Shown here in pieces: positions 9,615 through 18,513 of a stretch of DNA of 64,000 bases. A program made the translations under genes and the position numbers. This DNA is from an uncultured Bacteriovoracaceae bacterium (GTDB lineage: Bacteria > Bdellovibrionota > Bacteriovoracia > Bacteriovoracales > Bacteriovoracaceae): positions 32,001 through 96,000 of the forward strand of contig CAXGUD010000008.1 of NCBI GenBank assembly GCA_964012805.1. The letters run 5' to 3'. The stretch's first letter is position 1. Each line of letters starts with the position of its first letter. The notes under the pieces are model-generated. The model worked only from the letters and a program-made list of their open reading frames with translations, did no database searches and was not told the DNA's origin.

Positions 9615-10103
9615 AGAAATGAGTTTCTCTTTTATTAAAGCATCATCTACAAATTGGAACTCTTTTTCGGCCCTTTTTTTAAGAGATTTATATTCAGGTG
9701 AAAAAGGATGAAGAGAAGGTCCATTTTCTTTCTGTAAAAAAGCTTTTTCGATAGAAGATTTTTGCTTAGTAAACAATTCAATGTCTAAAATAAAACTTAC
9801 GCTTTTGATTTTAAAAAACCGGGTTTTTTTTTCTTGGTCAACCTTTTGTTGAAAAATTCGTTTCATAAAAGGAGCCTGCTCAAGGATAGAAGGATGATCC
9901 GTAACCACGTAAAGTTTAGTTTTTTCGATATGAATTGGAACTGTGTGCTTCGATAAAAAGCCGTCTCCCACAATCTTGGCCCACTCTTTTTGCAGGTGCT
10001 TTATTTCTAAAGTTGGTCTTGGGACAAAAGACCTGCTTCCATACTTCAAGCCTGTATTGTTAAGAGATGGATTAACTTCAAGTATTTTAGATACTAACTT
10101 CAA
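9567..10103 (-). CDS. dciA: DUF721/DciA helicase-loader family protein
   Basis: W..IVG..LSKHTVP......LYV...HP pattern typical of DUF721. Confidence 0.7.
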   Translation of the reverse strand: MKLVSKILEVNPSLNNTGLKYGSRSFVPRPTLEIKHLQKEWAKIVGDGFLSKHTVPIHIEKTKLYVVTDHPSILEQAPFMKRIFQQKVDQEKKTRFFKIKSVSFILDIELFTKQKSSIEKAFLQKENGPSLHPFSPEYKSLKKRAEKEFQFVDDALIKEKLISLFIQKSSHEKRGNPK

Positions 10104-10313
10104 AATTATTCCTAGAACTAAGGGAGTTAAGAATTATGGCATTATGGACGACAAATAGAAGATTTTCTAGTGATTCTTTTTTCTATTAATGGAAAGGAAT
10201 TGTGGAATGGTTACTATTTTTGTATTGTCTGGCATTAGTTAGTGGACGAGTTCTTTATAAGAGGGTTTCCTTACTTTATGCGAGATGATTTTGTTATGAC
10301 TAGTTGTGTTGGC

Positions 10314-10973
10314 ATGAGGCTTCGTTTTATAATATTGTGCAGCCTGTTTTTTTTAGGGTCTTGTGCTGGTTATCATTTTAGACAAGTTAAAAATCCATTC
10401 TCCCATTTTGGGATAAAGAGTCTTTCTATTCCAATGTTTATTAATAAATCAGCAATTCCAAATATAAGCAATGCGTTTACGAAGGAAATTTTTCTTCTTC
10501 TTTCTCATTATTCAGGTTTAGAGGTTTACTCAGGCTTGGAAAAGGACAAAGATGCTGTTCTTATTGGTATCATAAGCTCCGGTCCTAAAACTTCAGATGT
10601 ATTTTCTCAGTCTGGAAGAGCTTTTATATCGAAGGATGCTCTTCCTGGTAGAAGTCCTTTTTATACGGTATCTGATACTTCTTATAAGTTAAATTTGAGG
10701 ATCGTTGTTATAAAAAAGCCAGATCCTAATATAGTTAATCTAGTTAAGGGGCCATGGGGAGAGCATGTTATTCAAAACTCTAGAATTGTACTAGATGAAA
10801 GATTACCTTTAACTTCTAGTTTTCTAAGGTCAATCTCTGTAGGAAAAGAAGGGGAGACTGAAAGTAGGGTTGCTAATTTCACGAAAAGTAAATCTTGGTT
10901 TCAAATTACTGTTGGGGAACTAGCTAAATCAGTTTCAAAAAGGTTTCGAAAAGAGGTTCTTAATGCATTTTAG
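10314..10973 (+). CDS. lptE: LptE-like LPS assembly lipoprotein
   Basis: Lipobox LGS-C then AGYHF; SLSIPMFINKS; position before holA and rpsT. Confidence 0.7.
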   Translation: MRLRFIILCSLFFLGSCAGYHFRQVKNPFSHFGIKSLSIPMFINKSAIPNISNAFTKEIFLLLSHYSGLEVYSGLEKDKDAVLIGIISSGPKTSDVFSQSGRAFISKDALPGRSPFYTVSDTSYKLNLRIVVIKKPDPNIVNLVKGPWGEHVIQNSRIVLDERLPLTSSFLRSISVGKEGETESRVANFTKSKSWFQITVGELAKSVSKRFRKEVLNAF

Positions 10974-11916
10974 TTTAGCACCTTGGAGCTTTTTTTCTGA
11001 TTTAGAGAAGAACCTCTCCAAAGAGAGGGGAAACCTCCTTGGGATTAGCGTTAAAGACCCCTATTTAGAGGCCCTATTTATTCACTTTTTAAAAAGAAGC
11101 GAAGCTTATAAGGGGTTTACATCCCTTGATGGAAGGAGTGTTGACTCTGATTGGTTTGATAGAAACTTGGTTTCTTTGGACCTTTTTTCAAATAATGAAC
11201 CAATTGTTATCACAAAAGCTGAGCACTTGGGGGAGCGCGTCGCAATACGCTTTTTTGAGGATTATTCGAAGATTTCTAGAAATTTGGTTTTTATATTTTC
11301 ATCGAAAAGTAGCTTTTATCAAAAATGTGTAAGAAAGTTTAAAGATGACCTTTTTTTTACTATTACACAGCCTCGCTTTTGGGAAAAAGAAACCTTTTTT
11401 CGCTTTCTTGCTAAGACCTTAAATATTAGATTGAATCGTGAGGTTGAAGCTTACTTAATTAAATCATTGCCTGATAAGTCTAGTGATTATGTGAGGGCTT
11501 TTAATGTTTTACGTCTTCACTTCGGTAATGATTGTCAGAACATCCAGCTTGCCAGAGTTCGGGAGCTAATACCTCCTGAGTTTTTGGACTCTTTTCTTTT
11601 GGCAGACCTTTATTCAGAAAAAAAGAAAGATTTATTTTGGGGGAAACTCATTGATCTCGAGGTTCCTGAAAGCTCTCTTCAGGAGTTTTTTGGTTTTATG
11701 CAATCCCACCTTTTAAAACTATCAGATACTTCTTATATAAGTGAAAAGAAGAGTCTTAATAGCTATGACAAAAAGATTGTTGCACAAAGTAATTTGTGGA
11801 CTAAGTCTGAGTTGCACTTATCTATCAGGAAGTTTAGCAAGCTCCAGGTCGAAGCGAAAAAGGGTGTAGGTCGAGTGCACCTACAGGTCTTGATGAATAG
11901 TCTTGCTTTGCCTTAG
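10963..11916 (+). CDS. holA: Divergent DNA polymerase III delta subunit
   Basis: lptE-holA-rpsT(convergent) synteny; SLDLFS...VIT.AE and F.L.D patterns; expected size. Confidence 0.6.
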   Translation: MHFSLAPWSFFSDLEKNLSKERGNLLGISVKDPYLEALFIHFLKRSEAYKGFTSLDGRSVDSDWFDRNLVSLDLFSNNEPIVITKAEHLGERVAIRFFEDYSKISRNLVFIFSSKSSFYQKCVRKFKDDLFFTITQPRFWEKETFFRFLAKTLNIRLNREVEAYLIKSLPDKSSDYVRAFNVLRLHFGNDCQNIQLARVRELIPPEFLDSFLLADLYSEKKKDLFWGKLIDLEVPESSLQEFFGFMQSHLLKLSDTSYISEKKSLNSYDKKIVAQSNLWTKSELHLSIRKFSKLQVEAKKGVGRVHLQVLMNSLALP

Positions 11917-11965
11917 AAAACATAGATTCCTGTTTTAGAGTAGTATTTACAGGCCTCCAAAACAA

Positions 11966-11995
11966 AAAAAGCTTTGTTATAAAACAAAGCTTTTT
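11966..11995. terminator. Bidirectional intrinsic terminator between holA and rpsT
   Basis: Perfect inverted repeat AAAAAGCTTTGTT-ATAA-AACAAAGCTTTTT between convergent genes. Confidence 0.85.
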
Positions 11996-12032
11996 GGTAT
12001 CTTAAAAATTTAGTGAAGAGGGTAGTTATAGC

Positions 12033-12293
12033 TTATAAGCTGTGTACTTGCTGAGCTAGTCTAGATGTTTTTCTAGAAGCAGTCTTTTGCTTAGTGATAC
12101 CAGATTTTGCTAATTTTTGGAAAAGGCTTTGGACCTTGACAAGTAATTCACTAGCTTTATCTTTATTTTTTTCTGTAAGAGCAGTTCTTAGACTTTTTTC
12201 CGCAGTTTTGACTTCAGACTTTCTAATCTTATTCATTTCCATTCTTCTATTTGATTGTCTTGCCCTTTTTGCTGCAGATTTATGATTAGCCAC
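12033..12293 (-). CDS. rpsT: 30S ribosomal protein S20
   Basis: (M)ANHKSAAKRARQ...ASRKTSRL; GTG start at 12293 after AAGGAAGGGG. Confidence 0.97.
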   Translation of the reverse strand: MANHKSAAKRARQSNRRMEMNKIRKSEVKTAEKSLRTALTEKNKDKASELLVKVQSLFQKLAKSGITKQKTASRKTSRLAQQVHSL

Positions 12294-12502
12294 GAATAAC
12301 CCCTTCCTTAATAAGTAAAATATAATATTCAGCAATATCAGGGCTTGGTTTTATTCTAATTCGAAAAGGTTGGCAAGCCTTTTTATCATAGGAGAGCGAG
12401 ATTTGGGGGGCTTGGTGTCTTAAAGCTAAGCTCCTTGAAAAGACGCTTTTAAGGGCTTAAAATCACCTATCTTTTTATATGATCAATAAAAAAGGTTTTG
12501 TG

Positions 12503-13354
12503 ATGCGTGTTGTTAGTAAAATTGGAGTAATAGGTGCAGGTCAAATGGGGCGGGGAATAGCTCAAGTAGCATCTCAAAGTGGGTTTGAAACACATCTTTT
12601 TGACTCTTCCTCCGAAAGTTTGGAGAGAGGGGCAGCCTTTATTAAGGAACAATTAGCTCGTGGTGTTTCCAAAGGGAAGTGGACCGAAGAAGCTTCGCAA
12701 AAAGCTCAGGAATCTCTACAATTGGAGACAAGCCTTGAGGGGTTGTCTGACTGCGATCTTGTTATTGAGGCTGCGACAGAAAGAAAGGATGTAAAGTTTA
12801 AAATTTTTCAAGAATGCGACCGGATAATTAAAGAAGGCGCCTTACTTGCATCCAACACTTCTTCTATCTCCATAACTGAAATAGCCTCTCAAACAAAAAG
12901 GCCTAGTAAAGTGGCAGGGATGCATTTTATGAACCCTGTACCTGTTATGAAGTTAGTTGAGGGTATTAAAGGATTGGAAACTTCAAATGAAACCTTTGAC
13001 TCTGTGGCTTCTGTTGCAAAAGCGATGGGGAAAATATTTGTTAAAGCAAATGATGTTCCTGGCTTTGCTGTTAATAGAATTTTAATGCCTATGATAAATG
13101 AAGCTGTTTATGCCTTATATGAGGGAGTCGCTTCGGTTGAAGATATTGATAGCGCTATGAAATTAGGTACAAATCAACCAATGGGACCACTAGAGTTGGC
13201 AGACTTTATTGGCTTGGATACCTGTTTGGCCATAATGGGAGTTCTTCATGAAGGTCTTGGAGATACAAAGTATAGACCGTGTCCTTTATTGAAAAAATAT
13301 GTGCTAGCTGGGAGATTCGGAAAAAAATCGGGGAGAGGTTTCTATGAATATTGA
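12503..13354 (+). CDS. hbd: 3-hydroxybutyryl-CoA dehydrogenase
   Basis: GVIGAGQMGRGIA, ASNTSSISI, GMHFMNPVPVM, MGPLELADFIGLD. Confidence 0.93.
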   Translation: MRVVSKIGVIGAGQMGRGIAQVASQSGFETHLFDSSSESLERGAAFIKEQLARGVSKGKWTEEASQKAQESLQLETSLEGLSDCDLVIEAATERKDVKFKIFQECDRIIKEGALLASNTSSISITEIASQTKRPSKVAGMHFMNPVPVMKLVEGIKGLETSNETFDSVASVAKAMGKIFVKANDVPGFAVNRILMPMINEAVYALYEGVASVEDIDSAMKLGTNQPMGPLELADFIGLDTCLAIMGVLHEGLGDTKYRPCPLLKKYVLAGRFGKKSGRGFYEY

Positions 13355-14156
13355 AGAGCAAAACAAACGCTATGAATTTTTAGATTTGTCCTTGGATTCT
13401 GGTGTATTAATGCTTGTTGTTGATAAGCCAAGAAGTTTAAATGCATTGGATACCAAGTTGTTAGAAGAACTAGATGACTGTTTGAGCTCTTTAAGACAAC
13501 AGAAAGACTCTGTACTAAAAGGGATGATATTTACTGGTTCTGGTGAAAAAGCTTTTATTGCTGGAGCCGATATAAAAGAAATGTCTGTGATGGGAACCTT
13601 GGAAGCCGAAAAGTTTGCTGTTGCAGGACAGAAGGTGACTCTTCTTTTAGAAGACTTGCCTTTTCCAGTAATTGCGGCGGTTAACGGTTTTGCCCTTGGC
13701 GGAGGCTGTGAAATGGCAATGAGCGCTGACTTTATTTTTGCTACAAAAAATGCTGTGTTTGGTCAGCCAGAAGTTAGGTTAGGTCTTATTCCTGGTTTTG
13801 GGGGAACTCAAAGGCTCGCCAAAATTGTGGGAAGAAATAAAGCAAAGGAAATAATTTATTCAGGGCGCAATGTGTCCGTAGAGGAAGCCCATGAGCTCGG
13901 TTTAGTTCTAAGGATTTATGATAAAAAAAGCGAAATGATAAAGGGAGCTAATGAGTTGTTGGACCAAATTGCCCAAAACTCACCTCTTGCTGTTTCTCGG
14001 GCTAAAAAAGTAATGAATAGAGGGAATGATTTGACTGTTCCCAATGGTTTGGAAGTTGAGTCTGAGCAATTTGCTTTGCTCTTTGCTTCTGAGGATATGA
14101 AAGAGGGTACAGAGGCTTTTTTGGATAAAAGAAGCCCTGATTTTAAAGGTAAGTAA
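13344..14156 (+). CDS. crt: Enoyl-CoA hydratase (crotonase)
   Basis: AFIAGADI, AAVNGFALGGGCE, FGQPEVRLGLIPGFGGTQRL. Confidence 0.92.
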   Translation: MNIEEQNKRYEFLDLSLDSGVLMLVVDKPRSLNALDTKLLEELDDCLSSLRQQKDSVLKGMIFTGSGEKAFIAGADIKEMSVMGTLEAEKFAVAGQKVTLLLEDLPFPVIAAVNGFALGGGCEMAMSADFIFATKNAVFGQPEVRLGLIPGFGGTQRLAKIVGRNKAKEIIYSGRNVSVEEAHELGLVLRIYDKKSEMIKGANELLDQIAQNSPLAVSRAKKVMNRGNDLTVPNGLEVESEQFALLFASEDMKEGTEAFLDKRSPDFKGK

Positions 14157-14300
14157 ATTATTGAGACCTTTTTCTTGGATTTTTAGCTCTTTTTTTGTAA
14201 GCTTTCCTCGGCTTGGGCCCATCAGGTTTACACTGTGGAAAATGTGTCTTAAATTGAAGCATTAAGGGCTCACCTTTCGATTTTGCTAGGAGATAGATGG

Positions 14301-15254
14301 ATGGCCAAAAAAAAAACGACCAAGAAAAAGGCAGCTGAAAAATCAACAAAGAAAGTAGCTAAAAAGGCTTCCTCTAAGAAAGCTCAGAAGAAGAGCTCTG
14401 CGTCAGCCAGTAAGAAAGCTTCTAAAAAGGTTCAAAAAAAGGCTGTAGCTAAAAAGTCTCCTGCAAAAAAAGTGGCTAAAAAAGTTGCCAAGAAAGTCAC
14501 GAAAAAGGCTGCTAAAAAGGTAGTGGCCAAAAAAACCACTAAAAAAGTTGCCAAAAAAGTTGCCAAAAAAGTAGCTAAAAAAACGACCAAAAAAGTAGAG
14601 TCTAAGGCACCTAAGAAAAAAGAAGTTTCGGTTAAAAGCAAAGAGGCTCAGGTAAAAGAAGTAGGAAAAAAAGCGAAAGCCTCACCTCAAAAAAGTGATG
14701 CAAAACCTCCAGTTAAAGATTCGAAAGAACCCCCAATAAGTGTGAAAGGGGTTTCTAAAAAGAAAGATGCTTCGCAAGAACCAAAATCAAACAAAAAAAT
14801 AAGTAAAAAAGAGAAAGAGGCTTTAACAGAAGAAATTTTCAACCTAACTGAAGAGTTTAGTTTTGATGAGGTCTTTGAAGCTGTAAGCCAGATAGACTTT
14901 TTTAAAAGTCAAACGGATGAATGCATTGTGAAAGGTTGCGATAACCCTGTAACAACAGGACCTTATTGTCGGCTTTGTTACATAAAGTACTGGGATCTAA
15001 TTAAGAAGAAAGAAACGATAATCGCTGAGAATAAACTTCAATTTCTTATTGAGGATATTATTAAAAAGTATCCAATAAGATATATAGAAGAGATTCTTAA
15101 GGACCTTTCGGACGAGAAATCATTTTTCTCTATTTTGAAGGAAATGAATATCGATGTCGTTGATGAAGCCTACGAAGAAGTAGAGGGCAACATTGAAGAT
15201 GAGCAAGATCTATCTTTTGAAACGAAAAATGGTGCAAGATCTTTCAATGAATAA
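14301..15254 (+). CDS. Lys/Ala-rich histone H1-like protein with C4 zinc-finger-like motif and acidic tail
   Basis: KKVA/KKAA repeats; CIVKGC-x9-CRLC; acidic C-terminus; AGGAG RBS. Confidence 0.7.
   Translation: MAKKKTTKKKAAEKSTKKVAKKASSKKAQKKSSASASKKASKKVQKKAVAKKSPAKKVAKKVAKKVTKKAAKKVVAKKTTKKVAKKVAKKVAKKTTKKVESKAPKKKEVSVKSKEAQVKEVGKKAKASPQKSDAKPPVKDSKEPPISVKGVSKKKDASQEPKSNKKISKKEKEALTEEIFNLTEEFSFDEVFEAVSQIDFFKSQTDECIVKGCDNPVTTGPYCRLCYIKYWDLIKKKETIIAENKLQFLIEDIIKKYPIRYIEEILKDLSDEKSFFSILKEMNIDVVDEAYEEVEGNIEDEQDLSFETKNGARSFNE
14466..14600 (+). repeat. Degenerate 12-bp coding tandem repeats (AAAAAAGTTGCC = KKVA)
   Basis: Multiple copies visible, e.g. 14541-14576. Confidence 0.8.
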
Positions 15255-15278
15255 TTAGGAGAGGTCTTCCTTATTTCT

Positions 15279-15722
15279 TTAGGAGTTTTTTTCTAGAAAG
15301 TCGTCTGCCATTTTTGTTAATTTGAGATTCTCTCTGGTTATTTGGTAGAAAAGAGCCTTCTTTTTTGTTTTTAGCTCTTTCCAGTCAGCGTAATAGTCAT
15401 TCCAATCTTCTTGGGAAAAGACTTCGTCAAATAAAGCCCCGAAAGAATCTACAATTGATTTTAAAAGAAGATCGCTATTTTCACCTTCTTCTAAATCGGC
15501 AGAAAGAGTAATTGTTATAGGAATGATTGTGTCATCTTTACTATTATAAAATGATGCAGCGGCTATGACTTCATTTGGGTAGGTGTAACCTTGAACAAAA
15601 AAAGTCTTTTGTGAATCTATTCTATTCTTTTCATAAACTTCATTTAAAGTTTCTTCTAATCCCTTACACCATGTATCTGGCAGGGAAATTCCATTATCAG
15701 CTTGGCTTTTTCTAGAAAGCAT
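15279..15722 (-). CDS. Hypothetical protein
   Basis: 147 aa ORF with GAGG RBS. Confidence 0.7.
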   Translation of the reverse strand: MLSRKSQADNGISLPDTWCKGLEETLNEVYEKNRIDSQKTFFVQGYTYPNEVIAAASFYNSKDDTIIPITITLSADLEEGENSDLLLKSIVDSFGALFDEVFSQEDWNDYYADWKELKTKKKALFYQITRENLKLTKMADDFLEKNS

Positions 15723-15824
15723 ATATTACCTCTTTAACTTTTTTTTGATGTTAAATATACTGAGGGGTGGTTACTCGTAGCAAAAAAAGATGTTAATTTC
15801 AAGAAAAAAAATGAGAGGTCTTAG

Positions 15825-16199
15825 TTGTCTCCACAAAATGAAGTGAAATTAAGCAAGAGTTTTAAAATTATCTTAGAGATGAAAAAAAGTTCAAAAAAAA
15901 GTAAGAAAGAAAAGCCTGATGAAAGGAGCATTTTTATTTCTGGGATGACAAATGAGAAGGTTGTTTTGGAACAAGATATCTGGGCAAGTCAGGTTGAACT
16001 TATCGATAAAATAACTTGTTTTTTGAAAGTTGATGAGGAGTGGAAAAAACACAAAATAAGTGATTTTTTCACAGGAAAAAAAGCTACTGATAATAGTGTA
16101 AAGAAAAAAGATCGGATGGTTAAAAGTTTTTCTTTCAATTTTTGTAGTGCTAAGCAAAAGAGCATGTTTGAAAAGGACCTTTCTGATATAAACCCTTAG
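15825..16199 (+). CDS. Hypothetical protein
   Basis: 124 aa ORF; GAGAGG before TTG; fills the gap before the thiolase. Confidence 0.55.
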   Translation: MSPQNEVKLSKSFKIILEMKKSSKKSKKEKPDERSIFISGMTNEKVVLEQDIWASQVELIDKITCFLKVDEEWKKHKISDFFTGKKATDNSVKKKDRMVKSFSFNFCSAKQKSMFEKDLSDINP

Positions 16200-16269
16200 G
16201 GGACATTTGCTTTTGAATTTGATAGTTTCAAATCTAAAAAGCTGTTTATCTAAAATTAAGGGTGTAAAA

Positions 16270-17430
16270 ATGGATATATTTATTTTGGGTGGAGCAAGAA
16301 CTCCTAGTGGTAGTTACCTTGGTTCCTTATCTTCAGTTTCAGCACCAGAGTTGGGCGCTGTGGCTATTTCTGGTGCTTTAGAAAAAGCGAATATCAAGAA
16401 GGAAAATGTTGATGAAATAGCTATGGGCCATGTTGTTCAGGCTGGGACTGGACAGGCACCAGCAAGGCAAGCCGCTTTATTTGCTGGTTTACCTGAATCT
16501 ACTCCATCTACGACTGTTAATAAAGTCTGTGGGTCTGGTATGAAAACAATTATTATGGGAGCGCAAGCAATAAAGTCTGGAGATGCTAAGATATATGTGG
16601 CCGGAGGAATGGAAAATATGTCTCTTGCTCCACACCTTATTCCCAATTCAAGAATGGGCTTGAAGTTTGGCTCAGGTGAAGTAAGAGATTCGATGGCCTG
16701 GGATGGTCTGCAAGATGTTTATACCAATAGGCCGATGGGGAATTGTGCAGAAGAGTGTGTTGAAAAATATTCTTTTAGTAGAGAAGAACAAGATGAGTAC
16801 TCTATTAATTCCTTCAAAAGAGCGCAGGCTGCAATTGAAGAAGGAATTTTCAAAAATGAAATTGTCCCAGTTCGTGTAAAAACTAGAAAGGGAGAAAATA
16901 TAGTTGAAACTGATGAGGGGCCAGGTAGAGCAAATTTTGAAAAGATGAAAAAGCTTCGCCCAGCTTTCGAAAAGGAAGGTACTATTACCGCAGGAAATGC
17001 TTCCACAATTAATGATGGGGCAGCTGCTATTGTTCTCGGTGGTGAGGAATATAAAGAAAAAGCAAAGTTTAGAATTCTTTCTTATGCACAACATGCTCAA
17101 AACCCAACTTGGTTTACAACCGCTCCAATCGATGCAATGAAAAAATGTCTAAAAAAGTCTGGACTTACGTTTGATGATATTGACCTATTTGAAATTAATG
17201 AAGCCTTTGCAGTTGTTACGATGGCAACAATAAAAGAACTTAACTTACCTCATGATAAAGTTAATGTTTTTGGTGGAGGAGTAAGTTTGGGGCACCCCAT
17301 AGGTTGTTCTGGGACAAGAATTGTTGTTACTCTTATGACTGCAATGGAAAATAAAAATGCTAAGAGAGGTATGGCTTCAATTTGTATTGGTGGGGGCGAA
17401 GCTCTCGCAATAATTATTGAAAGGATTTAA
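16270..17430 (+). CDS. atoB: Acetyl-CoA C-acetyltransferase (thiolase)
   Basis: TVNKVCGSG, EINEAFA, GHPIGCSG, CIGGG; ATG 16270. Confidence 0.93.
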   Translation: MDIFILGGARTPSGSYLGSLSSVSAPELGAVAISGALEKANIKKENVDEIAMGHVVQAGTGQAPARQAALFAGLPESTPSTTVNKVCGSGMKTIIMGAQAIKSGDAKIYVAGGMENMSLAPHLIPNSRMGLKFGSGEVRDSMAWDGLQDVYTNRPMGNCAEECVEKYSFSREEQDEYSINSFKRAQAAIEEGIFKNEIVPVRVKTRKGENIVETDEGPGRANFEKMKKLRPAFEKEGTITAGNASTINDGAAAIVLGGEEYKEKAKFRILSYAQHAQNPTWFTTAPIDAMKKCLKKSGLTFDDIDLFEINEAFAVVTMATIKELNLPHDKVNVFGGGVSLGHPIGCSGTRIVVTLMTAMENKNAKRGMASICIGGGEALAIIIERI

Positions 17431-18492
17431 ATGGTTGTACCACGGAAAAAAAAAGCAACTAAAACTAAACCAGGTCACAAACCTCGTATAGTAGAGTTTA
17501 AGCAAGGTGATATTATCTTTGATGAAAAAGATAAAGCTGAAGCCTTGTATATAATAAAAGAAGGTCAAATAAGACTTTTTAGACCGAAGGGTAAAGGCTT
17601 TGTAGAGATTGCCGTTTTGAGGAAGGGTGAAGTTATTGGAGAAATGGCTTATTTTGATGAAAAACAAGCAATAAGAAGTTGTTCAGCTTCTGCTTTGGTA
17701 AACACTAAAGTAATTGAGATTGGATTTGGCTCTTTTGGAAAAGCTATAAAGCATCTAAATCCGTGGTTTAAAACAATAATATTTACTTTAGCGGATAGGC
17801 TAAGAGATTCAAATGATTTGGTAAAAAATCTCGAAAGCAACTCTTTAAGTTACGGTGGCATAAAATCCAGTGAATATAAGTTTTTTAGTTTTACTGATTT
17901 AGTAAAACTACTTAATTACTTTTTAATAATCTTTAAGGGACATGGTGAAAAATGTGAAGAAGGTTATAAAATAAATAGGAAGAACTTAAAATATCATCTT
18001 TTAGATGTTTTCAACTTTCCTGAATCCAAAGTGGAAGAGTTTATCAAAATAATGGAAGAACTCAATAGTCTCCAAATAACTGAAGATGAGAATAAGAATC
18101 CTAATAACTTTATCTTGGTCAATCAAGGTTTCTTTGTAGAAGCTCTTCAATTTATTGATGGGCAAAGAAGGCTTGAACAAAATAAAAGATTAAATATACC
18201 CCATCGATCGGAAACTTTTATGGCAAAGATTCTTGAAAAATTTCAGGAAACTGAACAGGAGCCAAAAGGAAATTTTGAATTTGACTTGATAAAAATATGC
18301 GAAGATTTTAAAGCTAAGAAAATGCCTATTGGAATGGAAGATTTTACAGCTATTGTTTCTCAAGGCCTCGCTGAAAAAGTTGTCGAAGGCAAGGGATCTG
18401 TTGATATAGAAAAAATCATCAAAATTTATCCAATTATAAAGTTTAAAAATATAGTTGAAAAAATAAATAAAGAAAAAGCTGAGAAAAGTTAA
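17431..18492 (+). CDS. Cyclic nucleotide-binding (Crp/Fnr-like) protein
   Basis: FKQGDIIFDE, LYIIKEG, GEMA...RSCSA phosphate-binding cassette. Confidence 0.85.
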   Translation: MVVPRKKKATKTKPGHKPRIVEFKQGDIIFDEKDKAEALYIIKEGQIRLFRPKGKGFVEIAVLRKGEVIGEMAYFDEKQAIRSCSASALVNTKVIEIGFGSFGKAIKHLNPWFKTIIFTLADRLRDSNDLVKNLESNSLSYGGIKSSEYKFFSFTDLVKLLNYFLIIFKGHGEKCEEGYKINRKNLKYHLLDVFNFPESKVEEFIKIMEELNSLQITEDENKNPNNFILVNQGFFVEALQFIDGQRRLEQNKRLNIPHRSETFMAKILEKFQETEQEPKGNFEFDLIKICEDFKAKKMPIGMEDFTAIVSQGLAEKVVEGKGSVDIEKIIKIYPIIKFKNIVEKINKEKAEKS

Positions 18493-18513
18493 AGAGCACT
18501 ATTAAAAAGTTAA

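Noticed and set aside
14307..14316. Other A9-A10 runs (also near 17446 and 52446) as phase-variable sites
   Set aside because: In frame within Lys-rich coding sequence of an AT-rich genome
14466..14600. Repeats considered as a CRISPR array
   Set aside because: 12-bp coding repeats without spacers; no cas genes
14432..14641. Repetitive hydrophobic antisense ORF (FLAT repeats)
   Set aside because: Reverse complement of the KKVA repeats
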